Below are positions 1 through 12,146 of a stretch of DNA of 25,827 nucleotides, piece after piece. The stretch comes from a virus, in the IMG/VR virus record IMGVR_UViG_3300045988_153208, one strand, 5' to 3'. The stretch's first letter is position 1, and each line of letters begins with the position of its first letter. The position numbers were made by a program, and so were the translations under genes. The notes below the pieces were generated by a model, which saw nothing but the letters and a program-made list of their open reading frames with translations, was not told the DNA's origin and searched no databases.

Positions 1-3000
1 GTTATTTTAGCAGCTGTTTCTTTATTTAAGCCTAACTTCATTAAATTAGTCTACAATGCATTTAAAGTTTTCTTTTTTGTTGAATCTGAAATTGTTTCAT
101 TATTTATTTTATTAGCAGTACTTTCTAAATAAGTAGCTGCTGTTTCTTTTAATTTAGCTATTTCTAATCCTTCTGTAATAGCTTTTTCAGTTAAAATGGA
201 AGCATTATGCTAATCTCTAACCTATTTTAAAAATTGAATTCCTGTGGCCAAACTGTCAATACCACTTTTAACCATAAAACTAAGGCTACCAATAGAAGTA
301 AGAATAGCAACAGCTTTTTCCCACCCAGACATATCAGGATCTTTAATACTACTGATTAAACTATTAATAGAAGAAATCGCCATTCCCGCTGATTGAGCAA
401 ATGAAGCCATTGACATAAATGCTTCAATACCACCAACTAAATGTTTAGGTTTAAAATTTTCAACTTGTTTATTTAATTCTTCTTGTTTTTGCTTAGCTTT
501 TTCTTGGGCTTTTTGCATTTTTTCAAATGACTAAACAACTTTTTTAACTTCATCGTCTCCTACACCCATACCTCTTAAAGAAGCAACTAACTAATCTTGA
601 GATAACTTACTACTTTGCACAATCTAAATATATTGACGCATTTTAGCCATACGTTTATCTGTACCAGTCTCATCCCAAGGTATTGATGCAATTTCTTTCT
701 CTAAGCTTTGCAGTATTCCTAAATCCTAAATATTTTTAGGTAAATTTTCACGAAATAAATTAAAATAAGCTTCAGCTTTTGCTGTAGCTATTTCAAAATC
801 TTGAGTAGGAATTGGATCCTTTATATTAACAACATTAGCGTAATTTTCACTTGTTAAATTAGTTAATTTATCTAACTATGCTGTGACTTCAGTTGTCATT
901 TCATTAAACAAATTTGCTACTGGAGTAGTACCATCAGCTTTTAACCAAGCCGATAAGATATTATTTACAAGATTATCATTTAAGGTATCTATTTTATTAT
1001 AATACCCTTCTAAATCACTATATAATTGTTCATATTTTCGACCTAATAATGCATCCTTGGCATTTCCAGGATTATTATGGTAACTAGCCTAATCCCAAAC
1101 TTCTTCCATCTAATTATTATATGCTTTTGAAATACCTTTTTTGTCTCCTATCATGGTATCTTGAGCATCATTTATAATCTTTGTATAAGCGTCAATTTCT
1201 TGACCTAATTTAATAAGCTAATCTCCCTACTACTAGATACCCTATTTTTCTGTCTCCCAAAATGATTTCTCAGCTGCTGTCATTCTTTCTGAAGCTATAG
1301 TTATTTTATCTTTCATTTCAGAAACACGTTTAGAATTTAATAAACTCTATTTAGATTCTTCATCTAAATTATCACCTTTTTTAGATAAATAATTAGAAGT
1401 CTATTCATTTATTTGAGTATGAATTTTAGCATAAGCTTTATCAGCTCCACCAACCAATATTTGAATATTACTAATAACATTTCGTAAAGCAGGCTCAATT
1501 TTTGAAGCTAAACTCTATTCAACAATAGCTAATATTCCTATTAGTACTGGCTTAAGGCCTCCTATTTTATCAATAAATGAATCAACACCATCAACAGTAT
1601 CAGCTAAAAAATCAGTTAATTTAATAAAAAACTTATCATCAATTAAATCTTGATATAATCCCTAAAATGAAGCCTTCAAACGCTTATTAGCGGCTTCCCA
1701 AGACTCTTCATAAATTTTCTATTGCTCAGTTAATGTTCCAGTAGCATTACGAGCAGTTTCGAGATTTTCTTTCATGAAATCCCATTTATCCATCAATGCA
1801 ATTAATTGAGTATATTGGCGGACACCAGCAACAGTTTGAGCTAATGCCACTTTAGCATCTTTAGAAATTAATGGATTTCCTTCAGCATCAAATGAATTCC
1901 ATTTTTCGCCTAAATCATCAAGGATATCATCCATCTCTCGCAATCCACCATCTGCTGTTTTAATAGAAACACCAACAGCTTCAAGAGCTTGAGAATATTT
2001 TCCTAATGTAGTACCATCTTCAAGGGTTTTTCCCAATTCTAAATCTTGAATACGAGCAAATAATGTTTTAAATGCAGTACCAACCACATCAGCAGATTGA
2101 CGAGTTGTAGCTGTTACAGTTGCTAAAGCAGAAGTAGCATATTCATAACTTAAACCTACTGTATTTGACACAGCCGCGAATTTTTCTAATCCAGCCGCAA
2201 TTTCATCTGTACTAGAAGCAGTAGCAGCACCCAACGCCGTCATAACATCAGCATAATATTCTAATGATTGTGATCCATCATAGAAATTATTCCAAACAGC
2301 GGTCAATTGCTAAGAAATTTTATCGGCGCTTTCACCAGCGGCATTAGCCATTTTAATTGTAACAGCAGTTCTATCTTCTACTTCTTTATCAGATAAACCC
2401 TGTTGATAGTAAATTAAAGAAGCATCAGTATAATTTAATGTAGAAGTACTTAATGCCTTTGCCGCTTTATTTGCTTTATCAGCAAATTTATCCATATAGT
2501 CAATATTATGACCGGTAACAATTCGAATATCATTTAATGATCTGTTTAAATCCTAAGCATAACCATAAGCCCCTTGTAATGCTCCCATTACGCTATGAAT
2601 CATACTTGAAGAAATCTACCATTTAACTGTATTTTTAACAGTAGTTAAAAAATCCTATAAACGAGCATTTAAGCTAATCATTGGCTAATCAGCCGCAGCT
2701 ATAGACTAAGCCAATTTTACAAATGCTTGCTATCCCGTTACTCCCGCATCTAATAAACTTTTAGATAATTTAGTTACATCTGTCTAAGATCTATTTAAAC
2801 TTGCATTAAGTTTACTTAAATCATAATTGCCAGTAGCTGTATTATAAGCTTCATTTAAATGAAATGCTAACTATCTGGCTGCCTCAGAAGCTTTTTGCAT
2901 CTATTCTGGTTTAAGCCCTAAATCAGTACTATATGAAAGTTTAGTTAATAATTGTTGTAATTCTTGAATAGACTATTTTGCTTGAGTAGTATTTGCAGTA

Positions 3001-3032
3001 AAATCTAATGCAACATTTAATTGTTTTGCCAT
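1..3032 (-). CDS. Tail tape measure protein, 5' end at 3032 and 3' end beyond the left edge of the window. Single reading frame with many in-frame TAG codons.
   Basis: ORF-track fragments 222..518, 1719..2306 and 2310..2495 are all in the same frame (codon starts = 0 mod 3). Fragments 1719..2306 and 2310..2495 are separated only by TAG at 2310-2312 (..SADKIS-TAG-Q-L-TAVWNN..). TAGs at 531-533, 222-224 and 210-212 are also in frame with sense codons continuing. ATG at 3030-3032 is preceded by GGAG (rc of 3041-3044). The fragment text (AGLEKFAAVS..VGTAFKTLFARIQDLELG) matches the TP901-type tape-measure motif. Confidence 0.75.
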
Positions 3033-3061
3033 AAACGGGACTCCTTTCTCTCATAATATAA

Positions 3062-3100
3062 ACAAAAAAATGGGTGTGAGAAATAATCTTCTCACACCCA
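3062..3100 (-). terminator. Intrinsic terminator hairpin (GGGTGTGAGAA / TTCTCACACCC) followed by a T7 run on the minus strand, downstream of gene 3147..3671.
   Basis: Inverted repeat 3072-3082 / 3089-3099 with A-run 3064-3070 on plus (T-run on minus). Confidence 0.55.
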
Positions 3101-3146
3101 TACACTTGATTATTCCTATTTAATTTTAAAAAATCAAATAGTTTAA

Positions 3147-3671
3147 TTATCCCAACTTGGTCAAAACATCTTTTAGCAATCCTAATGTTTCAGGATTCTG
3201 AATATCATTAGTTAATTGCTCCATATCAAATGTTGTATCTTTATAATCAGTAGAAATAATATCCAAAATACCTGCCGCTGAATTTTTATACTCATAAATT
3301 GAATGGATAGTTTCTGCAACCCAACTCTTAATTTGTGCATATTCTCCTGGATTAATTTCTCCAAATACCTTAGCAGAAAAACCAGAACCAACTACCAAAT
3401 CATATAATTTCTTTGGGTCTTCTTTTTGTTTATCAGTAAAACTTACATTAGTATATGCCATAATCATTTTTAAAATAGTATGAAGATATACACGAGCAGG
3501 ATTATAATAACCATTCTTATCAATAGAGTCATTAATAATTTCTGAAATAAGATTTAACTTATCTCCAATAGGAAGATAATCCTTAACTTCAATAATCTAA
3601 TCTCCCCATTCAAATGTTGATACTTCTGTATTTTTATTTAAATTTAACTTTGAAAATGATACTTTTGCCAT
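3147..3671 (-). CDS. Hypothetical tail-assembly-region protein, 174 aa. One in-frame TAG at 3597-3599.
   Basis: ATG at 3669-3671 with AAGGAGG (rc of 3677-3683). Hand translation shows no TAA/TGA in frame down to TAA at 3147-3149. Includes ORF-track fragment 3147..3467. Confidence 0.55.
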
Positions 3672-3733
3672 TCCAAAATCCTCCTTTTACACTTATTTAT
3701 ATTATACTAAAAATTTAGTTTATTGTCAATTTT

Positions 3734-4813
3734 TTATATATGGACATAACGATCGCCCTTGATAAAATTAGTTCCTTTTACTAATTCATCTATTAATTCA
3801 TTTACTTTTTCAGATGCTTTATGAGTAGATAATTGAGCAGCATCTTTTTTTACTGGTTCTGAAATGTATCGAGCAATTTCTAAGGCCACACTACTAGGAG
3901 CTAAATTTTCATCAACAATTTTACTATAAGCTAAAATACCTTTTTCAATAGTAGTAAATGATGCTAAACGAACTCTATTTCGATATTGAGATGTTTGAGT
4001 AGCTCGAGCACCACTTTTTACTTGAAATCGACCAACATCTCCAGCTACCGTGCCACGCATTGTACCTAACGCACTTTTTATATGGCCCCATCCTATAGAA
4101 ACTGATTCATGATCCGCCCAATAGGAAGAAGAATATTTAATATCAATAGATGCTGCTAAAGACATCTTATCCATCAGTGTTAAATTTTCTAAATTATTTA
4201 ATTTTTCATAAATAAGACTATGATGTTCAGCTAAATGCTCTTCAAAAGCTTCAGAAATATAACCCTAATTAACTCGTGGTCTACGTCCTTTAGGTGGATT
4301 ATAAGTTCCTTTAATCATTGATAAATAACTTAAATAATGTTTAGTTAATAACTATTGTATCTATTGACTTGCAGAATCATTTAAATTTTGTGATAAATCA
4401 TCAATAGCTTTTTGTAAATCTAAACCAATTACTTTTCGTCCGTCTTCAGACCTTTCAAATAACCATTCTGCTTTAATCTCTTTAGTAGTATATCGGGTAC
4501 CTTCAAAATAAAAACTATATTCAATATTATCATAAGCATCTATTTTAGGTAAATAAATTTGTAATAATTTACGTAATTCTAATGATATTTTTTGGACTTG
4601 TTTATAAGCCATAAAAGCTTCATTAATTGTATTGGGTTGTATTAATGAAATTTGTTTTAATTTGTTTAAATTATTTTTTAAACTAGTATAATTGTTATTA
4701 GTATTATTTCTAATATTAATAATAATTTCTGTTAAAATAGCAGTCAATTCCTTCAAAGATATAACATTGTCCATATCAGAAGGAGTAAAAATTAATTCTT
4801 GATTGGTAAGCAT
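3734..4813 (-). CDS. Hypothetical protein, 359 aa, tail module (between the major tail and tape-measure genes; possible assembly chaperone). Three in-frame TAGs at 4361, 4352 and 4265.
   Basis: ORF-track fragments 4361..4813 and 3734..4174 are in the same frame. Hand translation of 4175-4360 shows only sense codons plus TAG. ATG at 4811-4813 with AGGAG. TAA at 3734-3736. Confidence 0.5.
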
Positions 4814-4826
4814 TTATTTTCTCCTA

Positions 4827-4868
4827 AAATAAAAAAATGGGGAAGAGGAATAAATCCTCTCCCCATAA
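4827..4868 (-). terminator. Hairpin GGGGAAGAGGA-ATAAA-TCCTCTCCCC plus U-run on the minus strand, between the major tail gene and the next gene. Possibly a partial terminator that sets stoichiometry.
   Basis: Inverted repeat 4838-4866 with A-run 4827-4837 on plus. Similar element at 10002-10040. Confidence 0.5.
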
Positions 4869-4883
4869 AAAATTTTGATTAAA

Positions 4884-5960
4884 TTACCAATTATAACTAT
4901 CGTGAGATTTCTGGTGAACTGTACTATGACGATGTAAATCATCATTATCCAAATACTCAATTACTTGAATTGCAGCCAGAACTTTCTTACTATGATCAAA
5001 ACGAGTATAATCAGGGAATGCATCTAAGGTGAAAGTAAATGTACTTGGGTCACCAGAAGAAGCCATAGTAAAGGTAAAGTTAGACTGAATCTTGCAGTTA
5101 GGAATAATAAATTCAGCAGGCATATCTACACCGTTAGTATCACGGAATAGAGTAGAAGCCTCAAGATAATAGTTACCACCGAACTTATCAGCAGTAATTT
5201 CCATCTGAGTAGCACCAGACTTGCGCTCAGTGTAATAATCAACTAGCACAGAATCGAACTTTAGACGATTTGGTAGAGTGACTACATCGTAAGCTGGGTC
5301 GCCACTTTCGCTCTCATATTTATGTCCTTGATTCTACTCATCTTCATAAGAAGCCAAACCAACATACATTTTATGATCCATAACAGCTACACGATAATAG
5401 GTTTTACCGTCTAGGTCAGTCACAGTCTCAGGCATAGCTTCACTATCAATAGCAGTATCATCACCCTCATGAACAGGAATGTAAGGTTCAGTAGTGATTT
5501 CGCCATTCTTCATAAACATTACATAAGCGAAGTTATCACCAGCATTAGCAGGTAGATAAGGCTTATTTTCAGTATAAACAGCAAATTTAAATCCAGTAGC
5601 ATCAAATTTAAAACGTAAAGAATCGCTTGCATCAACAGTCTCAGTTACATGTTGATAAATTGGCTTATCCTTATTAGCAGCAATTAAACCGGCACCAGAA
5701 AGAATCATAAATCCTTCAGGAGAAATTAAAGCATCCTCCATAGTAAAGGTTAAAGTTCTTTCACCTTCCCATGCTACTAAACGAGAGTTACCACGACCAC
5801 CTTGTGCATATACAGTGGTAGCAGCGCCTTCTAAACTAGAAGTTTTTAGGGTGTCAAAATAAATAACAGGTTCACCAGCATAGAATACCTTATTACCGAT
5901 TTTCTGTGCTGACTTAGCCTTTAGTACAACATCACAAATTTCGCGGACACCGAATTTCAT
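4884..5960 (-). CDS. Putative major tail (tube) protein, 358 aa, with in-frame TAGs at 5334-5336 and 5250-5252.
   Basis: ORF-track fragments 5334..5960 and 4884..5249 are in the same frame, joined by TAG. ATG at 5958-5960 is preceded by AAGGAGG. TAA at 4884-4886. The N-terminal region (ICDVVLKAKSAQ..GEPVIYFDTLKTSSLEG..) resembles TP901/SPP1-type major tail proteins. Position immediately upstream of chaperone/TMP genes. Confidence 0.55.
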
Positions 5961-5984
5961 AGTGTTATTTCCTCCTTGTATTTT

Positions 5985-6716
5985 TAATTAATGAATGTTT
6001 TTCATCCAATTATCCGGGGTCCCTTCAGGTTTACCACCAGCTAAACGCTAGCGCACATCCAGGTCCCAAGCAGTATATAGCGTATATCTCTCCATTAAAT
6101 CATATAATTGGAACATTGTCAGATTTGTCAAATCCTATAATGACATTGAACCTAATCCAATAGTCAAGATTGACATATACTAACTAAAAACACTTACATT
6201 CGAATTACCGTTTTGCGCGGCAACTCGCTGTCTCCCTCGCATTAGCTTTTGAGCAATCTCACGAGCCTTATCGTTGGCAGGATTGAAAGCCTACTAATCC
6301 ATCGGGCCATTGTGCATACAAAAGATTAAACGTAACACTTCTTGTAATGCTTCAAAATTATTTCCATCTATAGTAATAGGAGGAACACCTTCCTTTATAA
6401 ATAATAATGAGTTTGGTGTCACATTTATTTTATATGATGGGAATAATAAATTTAAAACATTTAAAATGTTAGCTTTTTTATCCTTTGTTTCATCCTATAA
6501 CATTATCGTCATAAATATCTAAAAATTATTGATACTGTCTAGAATAGTTTTGTCCTCTATAAACATAGTTTTATGTAAACAGAGGGTCTATGCTCCAATA
6601 AAAAAATCAGATTCCCCAATAAATGAAATTTCTTTTATCCTTGGTTGATGAGCGACTAAATTACATTCAGGAATCAACATATCAGTTCCGCAAATTAAAC
6701 TTAAGCGGTAATCCAT
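5985..6716 (-). CDS. Hypothetical virion protein, about 243 aa, with at least 7 in-frame TAGs including a TAG-TAG doublet at 6291-6296. Start is uncertain (ATG 6714-6716 or 6678-6680).
   Basis: About 230 consecutive codons were hand-translated on the minus strand with no TAA/TGA, in roughly 70% AT DNA. TAA at 5985-5987. The plus-strand ORFs 6310..6522 and 6623..6847 overlap it and look spurious. Confidence 0.45.
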
Positions 6717-7318
6717 TATTTACTAATATAATCCTTGAATTCTTTAATAAATTGTTCCTCTTTAATTTTGCCGCTATTTTTATCAGGATAAGTTGGCATA
6801 TATTTTTCATCTTCACCGCCATGAACAGTGCGATACATCAAACATAACCCAGCAAATTCATCAGTCAAAACAATCTAAGTAGCCCCCACAAATTCTAAAT
6901 AACCAATACCAGTCAATTTTTTCAAATTAAACATTGAATCAATCTCTCCAGCAATTTTATATGGGCGTAATGCATAATCTCTTAAATTCCATTGGTCAAA
7001 ATGACATATAATATCAAATTGAATAGTATTATCTCTAAACTCTGGATTTTCACTGGGAATAAAATTATCAAAATTAATTAATACATAATTTAAAACAGAG
7101 CCATCAACATATAATTTAGGCACTATTTTAATATTAGTTCCTAGTAAACTTAAAGACTAATCTTCAGTAAGATTAGGTTTTTCCATAGCATCACTAGTAG
7201 TATAATATAATAATTTTTTTAAACGATTATTTTTTAATATTTCATTAACAATAATCCCAGTATCTTTTTCCATAGATAGAAAACTTGATTTTGGAATATG
7301 ATATCCGTCTATTCTCAT
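6701..7318 (-). CDS. Hypothetical virion protein, 205 aa. In-frame TAGs at 6875 and at about 7138 and 7157.
   Basis: ATG at 7316-7318 with AAGGAG. Same frame as ORF-track 6875..7123. Hand translation runs to TAA at 6701-6703. Confidence 0.5.
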
Positions 7319-7340
7319 GTTTTCAATCTCCTTTTACTCA

Positions 7341-8495
7341 TTAAAACAATGATTCTACTACTATAGTTTTTCTACTAGTTCCATATACTAAATCAAACTA
7401 ACCACTATAAGTAGAGTCCCACTTAAGTTTAATCGTTGAAAATCCTTTATCATTAGTCCCTTCACTAATAATTCGGACAGGGACATCATTACCTTCAATT
7501 TTCCAAGTCCCTCGAACATTTTTAATATTTAAATTAAAATCATATTCTTTTTTAGGCTTAATAAAGGTTTCACCAACTATATTTAAAATTTTATTATTAT
7601 CTTTGTTATCATCTATAATTTTACGTTTTAATATTGGATCTGGTATTTTAAATACATCAGCCAATCCTGCATCTCGGTCATCTGTAAATTCATTAGCATA
7701 ATATTCAACAGCATTTACTTCAATAACACCAGTCATGCTAATATTATTTACAGCTTCAACTCTCCAACAGGTATCATAAACCGAACCATCTTCCGGCCAA
7801 ATATAAAACTTCTAATACCGTTTAAAAAATTTCAAAGTTTTTTCATTTTTAGGAATTAATAAATTTAAAGAATAATTTGGATTATCTACGCTAGTAGTAT
7901 GTTTTTGAATATAATCAATTTTAGTTTCTACTGGACCTCGATTAGCCACATAAACTACATTTAATTCATCATCCATCATAAATGGAATTTGATAGGTACA
8001 TCTACGAACGTCCCCACGGAAATAAGCTAATTCATCTAAATCCTATAAATAAATTAACCAATAAGTTCCAGTATTACACCATTCAAATACATCTCCACAA
8101 TTAAATTTATGTTCAAATCCAATCGAAATAACTTTATCATCATAATCCTATTTTAATTTATTAGGATTTATTAATGCTCGAACAGGAGGTAAAATATTTT
8201 TTTCTTTTTTAGTTTCTACCTCTGTGGCCGCACATTTACGCACCCAAGCCGCCTAATAAGAATATTTAGTAGCTTGGTCTAACGAATGTCGTTTATCTTT
8301 GATCATTCGCTACTATTGGGCAAAACCACCCGCACTCATTAATCTTTTAGCCATATCTAAACTACCATCAACTGAATCTGGCTAAGGAATTTTTATACTT
8401 GTATCACCTAAACGAGCCCCTACAAGATTTACACTTTTATTAGTATTTAAACCATAAGGTAATAATTTTTCCATCTTTTCTGGACGTTTTGGCAT
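7341..8495 (-). CDS. Hypothetical structural protein, 384 aa. About 12 in-frame TAGs, including a TAG-TAG doublet at 8310-8315.
   Basis: ATG at 8493-8495 with AGGAG (rc of about 8506-8510). All 384 codons hand-translated with no TAA/TGA. Ends at TAA 7341-7343. Includes ORF-track fragment 7398..7736. Confidence 0.5.
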
Positions 8496-8755
8496 TACTT
8501 TTTAATCTCCTATAATAAACTAATACATTCAAATACAGTTTTTCTATAAATTGAGAACTCAATATCATTTAAAACATTTAGCCCTTCTAATTTACTAAGC
8601 AACTATAAAAATCGCGGGTCCTAAATAAAAATTTCATTTAAGCCCGCAATTTCAATAATAACTGTATTTAATTGTTTATCCCAATCTTCTTCATTTTCTC
8701 TCATAGGGATTAATTTCCACAGTTGATTAGTTAATCTTACTATATTTTTCTCCAT
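8495..8755 (-). CDS. Small hypothetical protein, about 86 aa. Its stop overlaps the ATG of the downstream gene (TAATG).
   Basis: ATG at 8753-8755. Minus-strand translation MEKNIVRLTNQLWKL... has 3 in-frame TAGs and ends at TAA 8495-8497. Weak RBS. Confidence 0.3.
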
Positions 8756-8783
8756 GACTTCATTAGAAATATCTGTATGATAT

Positions 8784-9371
8784 TTAGTTATCATAAGGAT
8801 AATTCTTATAATGAAATACGCCCCAATTGGATTCGTATTTCCCTTCTACTAATTTACGACGTTTATATAAACGTTGCATATGGAATGATTGTCTCTAACA
8901 CTCACTTAATAAAGACATCAATTTTTGTAAATGATTAGCCTATGAAGTCATTTTAAAATCTGAACCACTATATTTCATACGAGTGTGTTCAATAGAAGTG
9001 ACTTGGCGTTGTACCCAGTTCACCATCATCAATATAGCTAAAATATTAATTTCCTCCGGTGTTAATTCAACTCCAAAAGATGAATGCTCTACCATTACAC
9101 GAGGAGGGCGGATTTCTGATTCTTCATCTGTTTCATCTTCCCACAAAAGACCAATTACAAAATCATCTTCTAATATTTCATCTTCATATTTAATTTCCTA
9201 ATCAATAGTATAATTATAAATATCAAATCTAGGAAATTCAAATTCAGGTAAAATATTTAAAAGTATCGCACGCAAATCTTTAATTGTGTCTTCTGGAGTT
9301 AATTCAATATAAAGGTCATCAGTAATTTTCCCAAGGAAGCGATTATAAATATCAGTGAATTTAGTTCCCAT
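8784..9371 (-). CDS. Putative head-tail connector/adaptor-type protein, 195 aa, with an acidic central patch. Three in-frame TAGs at 9198, 8940 and 8895.
   Basis: ATG at 9369-9371 with AGGAGG. Hand translation MGTKFTDIYNRFLGKITDDLYIELTPEDTIKDLRAILLNILPEFEFP... runs continuously to TAA 8784-8786. Includes ORF-track 8940..9146. Position downstream of the capsid gene. Confidence 0.4.
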
Positions 9372-9392
9372 GATACGCCTCCTATTTATTTA

Positions 9393-9980
9393 TTATTCAG
9401 CAGATTTAGTTTCAGTTTGCTTTACTACTTTGTAAGCATTCCCAGATGTACGACGTCCTGCGGGAGCAGATTCTGTAACACGTCTTTCAGCTGGCTTATC
9501 TGCGATAGTTTCCTTTTTATCATCTTCTTTACTAGCGCGGTCATTTTCAATAGCCTTATCTACGTCAAAACCAGTTTTAGCTTTTAGAGCTTCACGCTTA
9601 GCCATATCAGTAATAGGCAATTGAACAGACATAGTTTTAATCAAATCAATAACCCCAATAGGAGCAAAATCAAGAGCATCTAAAAATGCATCAATAGAAC
9701 CACTAAGAATTAAATCACGCACTTGCTCTTCTGACATATTATATTCAGGCTCACGATGGACATTTAAATCATCAGTAACTTCATTTTCCATAATCTGTAA
9801 GAAATTAGCAATTAACTCACGACCGCCGGGTTGATAAGTCAATTTTTCTAATTCACTAAATGGAATACGCTTTACTTCACCGGGTGCCCACTCACGTCTC
9901 AAGTTACTCTCAGGAATTCTATATACAACAACACTAGTACTTCTATTTTTTACATTAAACATATCTTCAGAATGAATCAT
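9393..9980 (-). CDS. Hypothetical virion protein, 195 aa, basic Ala/Arg-rich C-terminus. No in-frame TAG.
   Basis: Complete ORF in the track. ATG at 9978-9980 preceded by AAGGAG. TAA at 9393-9395. Confidence 0.6.
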   Translation of the reverse strand: MIHSEDMFNVKNRSTSVVVYRIPESNLRREWAPGEVKRIPFSELEKLTYQPGGRELIANFLQIMENEVTDDLNVHREPEYNMSEEQVRDLILSGSIDAFLDALDFAPIGVIDLIKTMSVQLPITDMAKREALKAKTGFDVDKAIENDRASKEDDKKETIADKPAERRVTESAPAGRRTSGNAYKVVKQTETKSAE

Positions 9981-10001
9981 TTTATTATCTCCTTTTTCTC
10001 T

Positions 10002-10040
10002 AAAAAAAATAAGGGGAGAGGGAGTAAATCCCTTCTCCCC
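10002..10040 (-). terminator. Hairpin GGGGAGAGGGA-GTAAA-TCCCTTCTCCCC plus U-run on the minus strand, immediately downstream of the putative capsid gene.
   Basis: Inverted repeat 10013-10040 with A-run 10002-10009 on plus. Sequence-similar to the 4838-4866 hairpin. Confidence 0.55.
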
Positions 10041-10065
10041 TTAAACAATAGTTATATTAAGGTTT

Positions 10066-11175
10066 TAATCAAATAGTACCACTCTTACGGCCATCATAGG
10101 TAACAACCTTACCAGTAATGCCATCATAATTCCAAGTATACATTTGACCCATTAAGGAAGTGTCAACATAAGAGCAAATGTTGTTAGCCAACATACAACC
10201 AACGCCGACCTTCTTATAAACCTGAATCTCACGAGAACGATCGTAATTGCTGAATTCATCAACAATAGTTCCACCCTCGAAAGCAATCTTTACAGGCTTG
10301 CCATCAACACCAGTAGGAATAATCCAAGCATAACCAGGATCAATAACCTTACGAGTATTACTTTCATCTTCGAAGCCCTACTCTAAAATAACAACCTTGG
10401 TTCCCTTATAGGTAGCCAAACGGCCAGTATTCCACAGCTCAGTCTTCATAGCTTCAGTATAACGCCAAGCTTCATTAGGAATCATACGAACAGCAAATTC
10501 ATAAGTACAATAAATAGTAGGAGTACCATAAGCAGAAGCAATGGTAATCAAACGATCCATAGCACCCTCATCAAAACCTGCTGCAGCAACGCGGTTAGCA
10601 GGAGGTAGCTGATTGATAGAAGACTTCAAAGCCAAAGCAACTTCCTTATAAATCAGTTCATCCATACCATCCATAATAATCTTGGTAACTTCAGCAAAAT
10701 CAACACGACCATCTAAGAACTCTTCGAAGCCGATTTGAGCAGCTCCGCCGATAGCAGAGGTACGGACCTCAAAGCTCTCGCTCTCAGCAGGTCCCAGCTT
10801 GAAGACTTCATAGATACCAGCCAGTCCAACACGAGTCACAAACTGCTTAGCACGTGCGCGTGTATTTAGAGGACGACGGAAAATGGGCTTATCACCCTGA
10901 GCAAACTGCTTAACTTCAGCAAACTGCTCATAAGACTGAGAAACCTTCTTAGGAAGAACTTCATCCAAAGTCTCCTCAATCATTGAGAAAATTAGATTTT
11001 TATTTTCACGATATAGAGCATTGGTACCAGCCAGCTCGTTCATCTCATTACGTAAAGTATCGTTCAGAGCCTCATAAGAAAGGTTCTGACCATTATAACT
11101 GTAAGCCACAGGAGAAGAAGGATCAGCCTTAGCAACAGTCTTCATTAAAGCAACTAAATTGTTTCTATCTAACAT
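10066..11175 (-). CDS. Putative major capsid protein, 370 aa. One in-frame TAG at 10378-10380.
   Basis: ORF-track 10378..11175 continues in frame through TAG to TAA at 10066-10068 (315 nt in frame). ATG at 11173-11175 with AAAGGAGAG. Position scaffold-decoration-capsid as in lambda/SPP1. Followed by a strong hairpin. Confidence 0.5.
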
Positions 11176-11192
11176 TATTCTTCTCTCCTTTC

Positions 11193-12128
11193 TTACGCAA
11201 TACGTAGAATCTTAGCGCCACGTTGTCCATCAGGCATAGTATATACCTTAACAACCTGCCACTTCATATCCTGACTCTCATCTTTTACAAGAATTCCGTC
11301 AGCAGCTGCTGGAGCTAAAATATCACCAACAGAAACACTATCTTCATTAATCATATTAGTAGTATAATGATCACCAACATTAGTCTTGAAGACACGAGGA
11401 ACCATTGCAGTGCCTGGAGTCATACGCTTCTCATGATAAACACCAAGCTTCTTATATGGATCATTAGTCCAAGTCAGCTCTTCGTAAATGTCAGCAACAT
11501 CAGTTAGAACCTTATCATAAGCATACTTTACAGGCACAGGAGTCTTAGTCTGATTGGTCTTAGGATCAATCTCATACTCTACACCATTATAAGTAAACTT
11601 ATTGTCCTTAACATCATAAACTTCGCCAGCGATGGTAACAGTCTTTAGACCCTGATCTAAAGCAACAGTGTGCTCAAGCACCTTGTGATCAGCACCAGTT
11701 TCATCAACACCATTCCAGAAACGTCCACCATATTCAACCTCGGTATGCTCCCAATCGTATGGAGAATAAATACGAGCCTGATAGTCGTCCTTTAGCATAG
11801 CAAATTCGCAATCCCACTGCTTAGTTCCATCAGGATGATCGCGATATAACTTAATCTCATTATAAACTAGCATCCACTCGCCCTTGCCAGTAAAATTCAC
11901 TTCACCAATACCATTGGCATTAGCAGCGTAATCATACTTGACAAACTGACCGTTTTCAAGAATATTAATACCCTTGTTAGCAGGCAACTGAGCATAAATT
12001 TGAGCGGTTCTTTGTGCAGACAGGTGATTTGGCTCAACCTGACCATAACCAAACTCAACATACTTAGCCTGTGACTTAGGTGGATTTTTACCAACGCCTA
12101 AACGAGAATTTAAAAAATCCTTAAACAT
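11193..12128 (-). CDS. Capsid-associated protein, 311 aa. Decoration-like by position between scaffold and capsid; could alternatively be the major capsid protein.
   Basis: Complete uninterrupted ORF. ATG at 12126-12128 with AAGGAGG. TAA at 11193-11195. Confidence 0.55.
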   Translation of the reverse strand: MFKDFLNSRLGVGKNPPKSQAKYVEFGYGQVEPNHLSAQRTAQIYAQLPANKGINILENGQFVKYDYAANANGIGEVNFTGKGEWMLVYNEIKLYRDHPDGTKQWDCEFAMLKDDYQARIYSPYDWEHTEVEYGGRFWNGVDETGADHKVLEHTVALDQGLKTVTIAGEVYDVKDNKFTYNGVEYEIDPKTNQTKTPVPVKYAYDKVLTDVADIYEELTWTNDPYKKLGVYHEKRMTPGTAMVPRVFKTNVGDHYTTNMINEDSVSVGDILAPAAADGILVKDESQDMKWQVVKVYTMPDGQRGAKILRIA

Positions 12129-12146
12129 TTAAGTATGTCCTCCTTA

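Noticed and set aside
1-3032. Interpreting the tape-measure fragments (222..518, 1719..2306, 2310..2495) as separate genes or a pseudogene.
   Set aside because: They share one frame. The gaps contain only TAG (no TAA/TGA where checked). There is a single RBS/ATG at 3032, and the same TAG-interruption pattern affects every late gene. Systematic recoding is therefore far more likely than decay.
6310-6847. Plus-strand ORFs 6310..6522 and 6623..6847.
   Set aside because: They lie antisense to a minus-strand frame that hand translation shows is open for about 230 codons (TAG only). They have no RBS and unremarkable composition, so they are most likely spurious.
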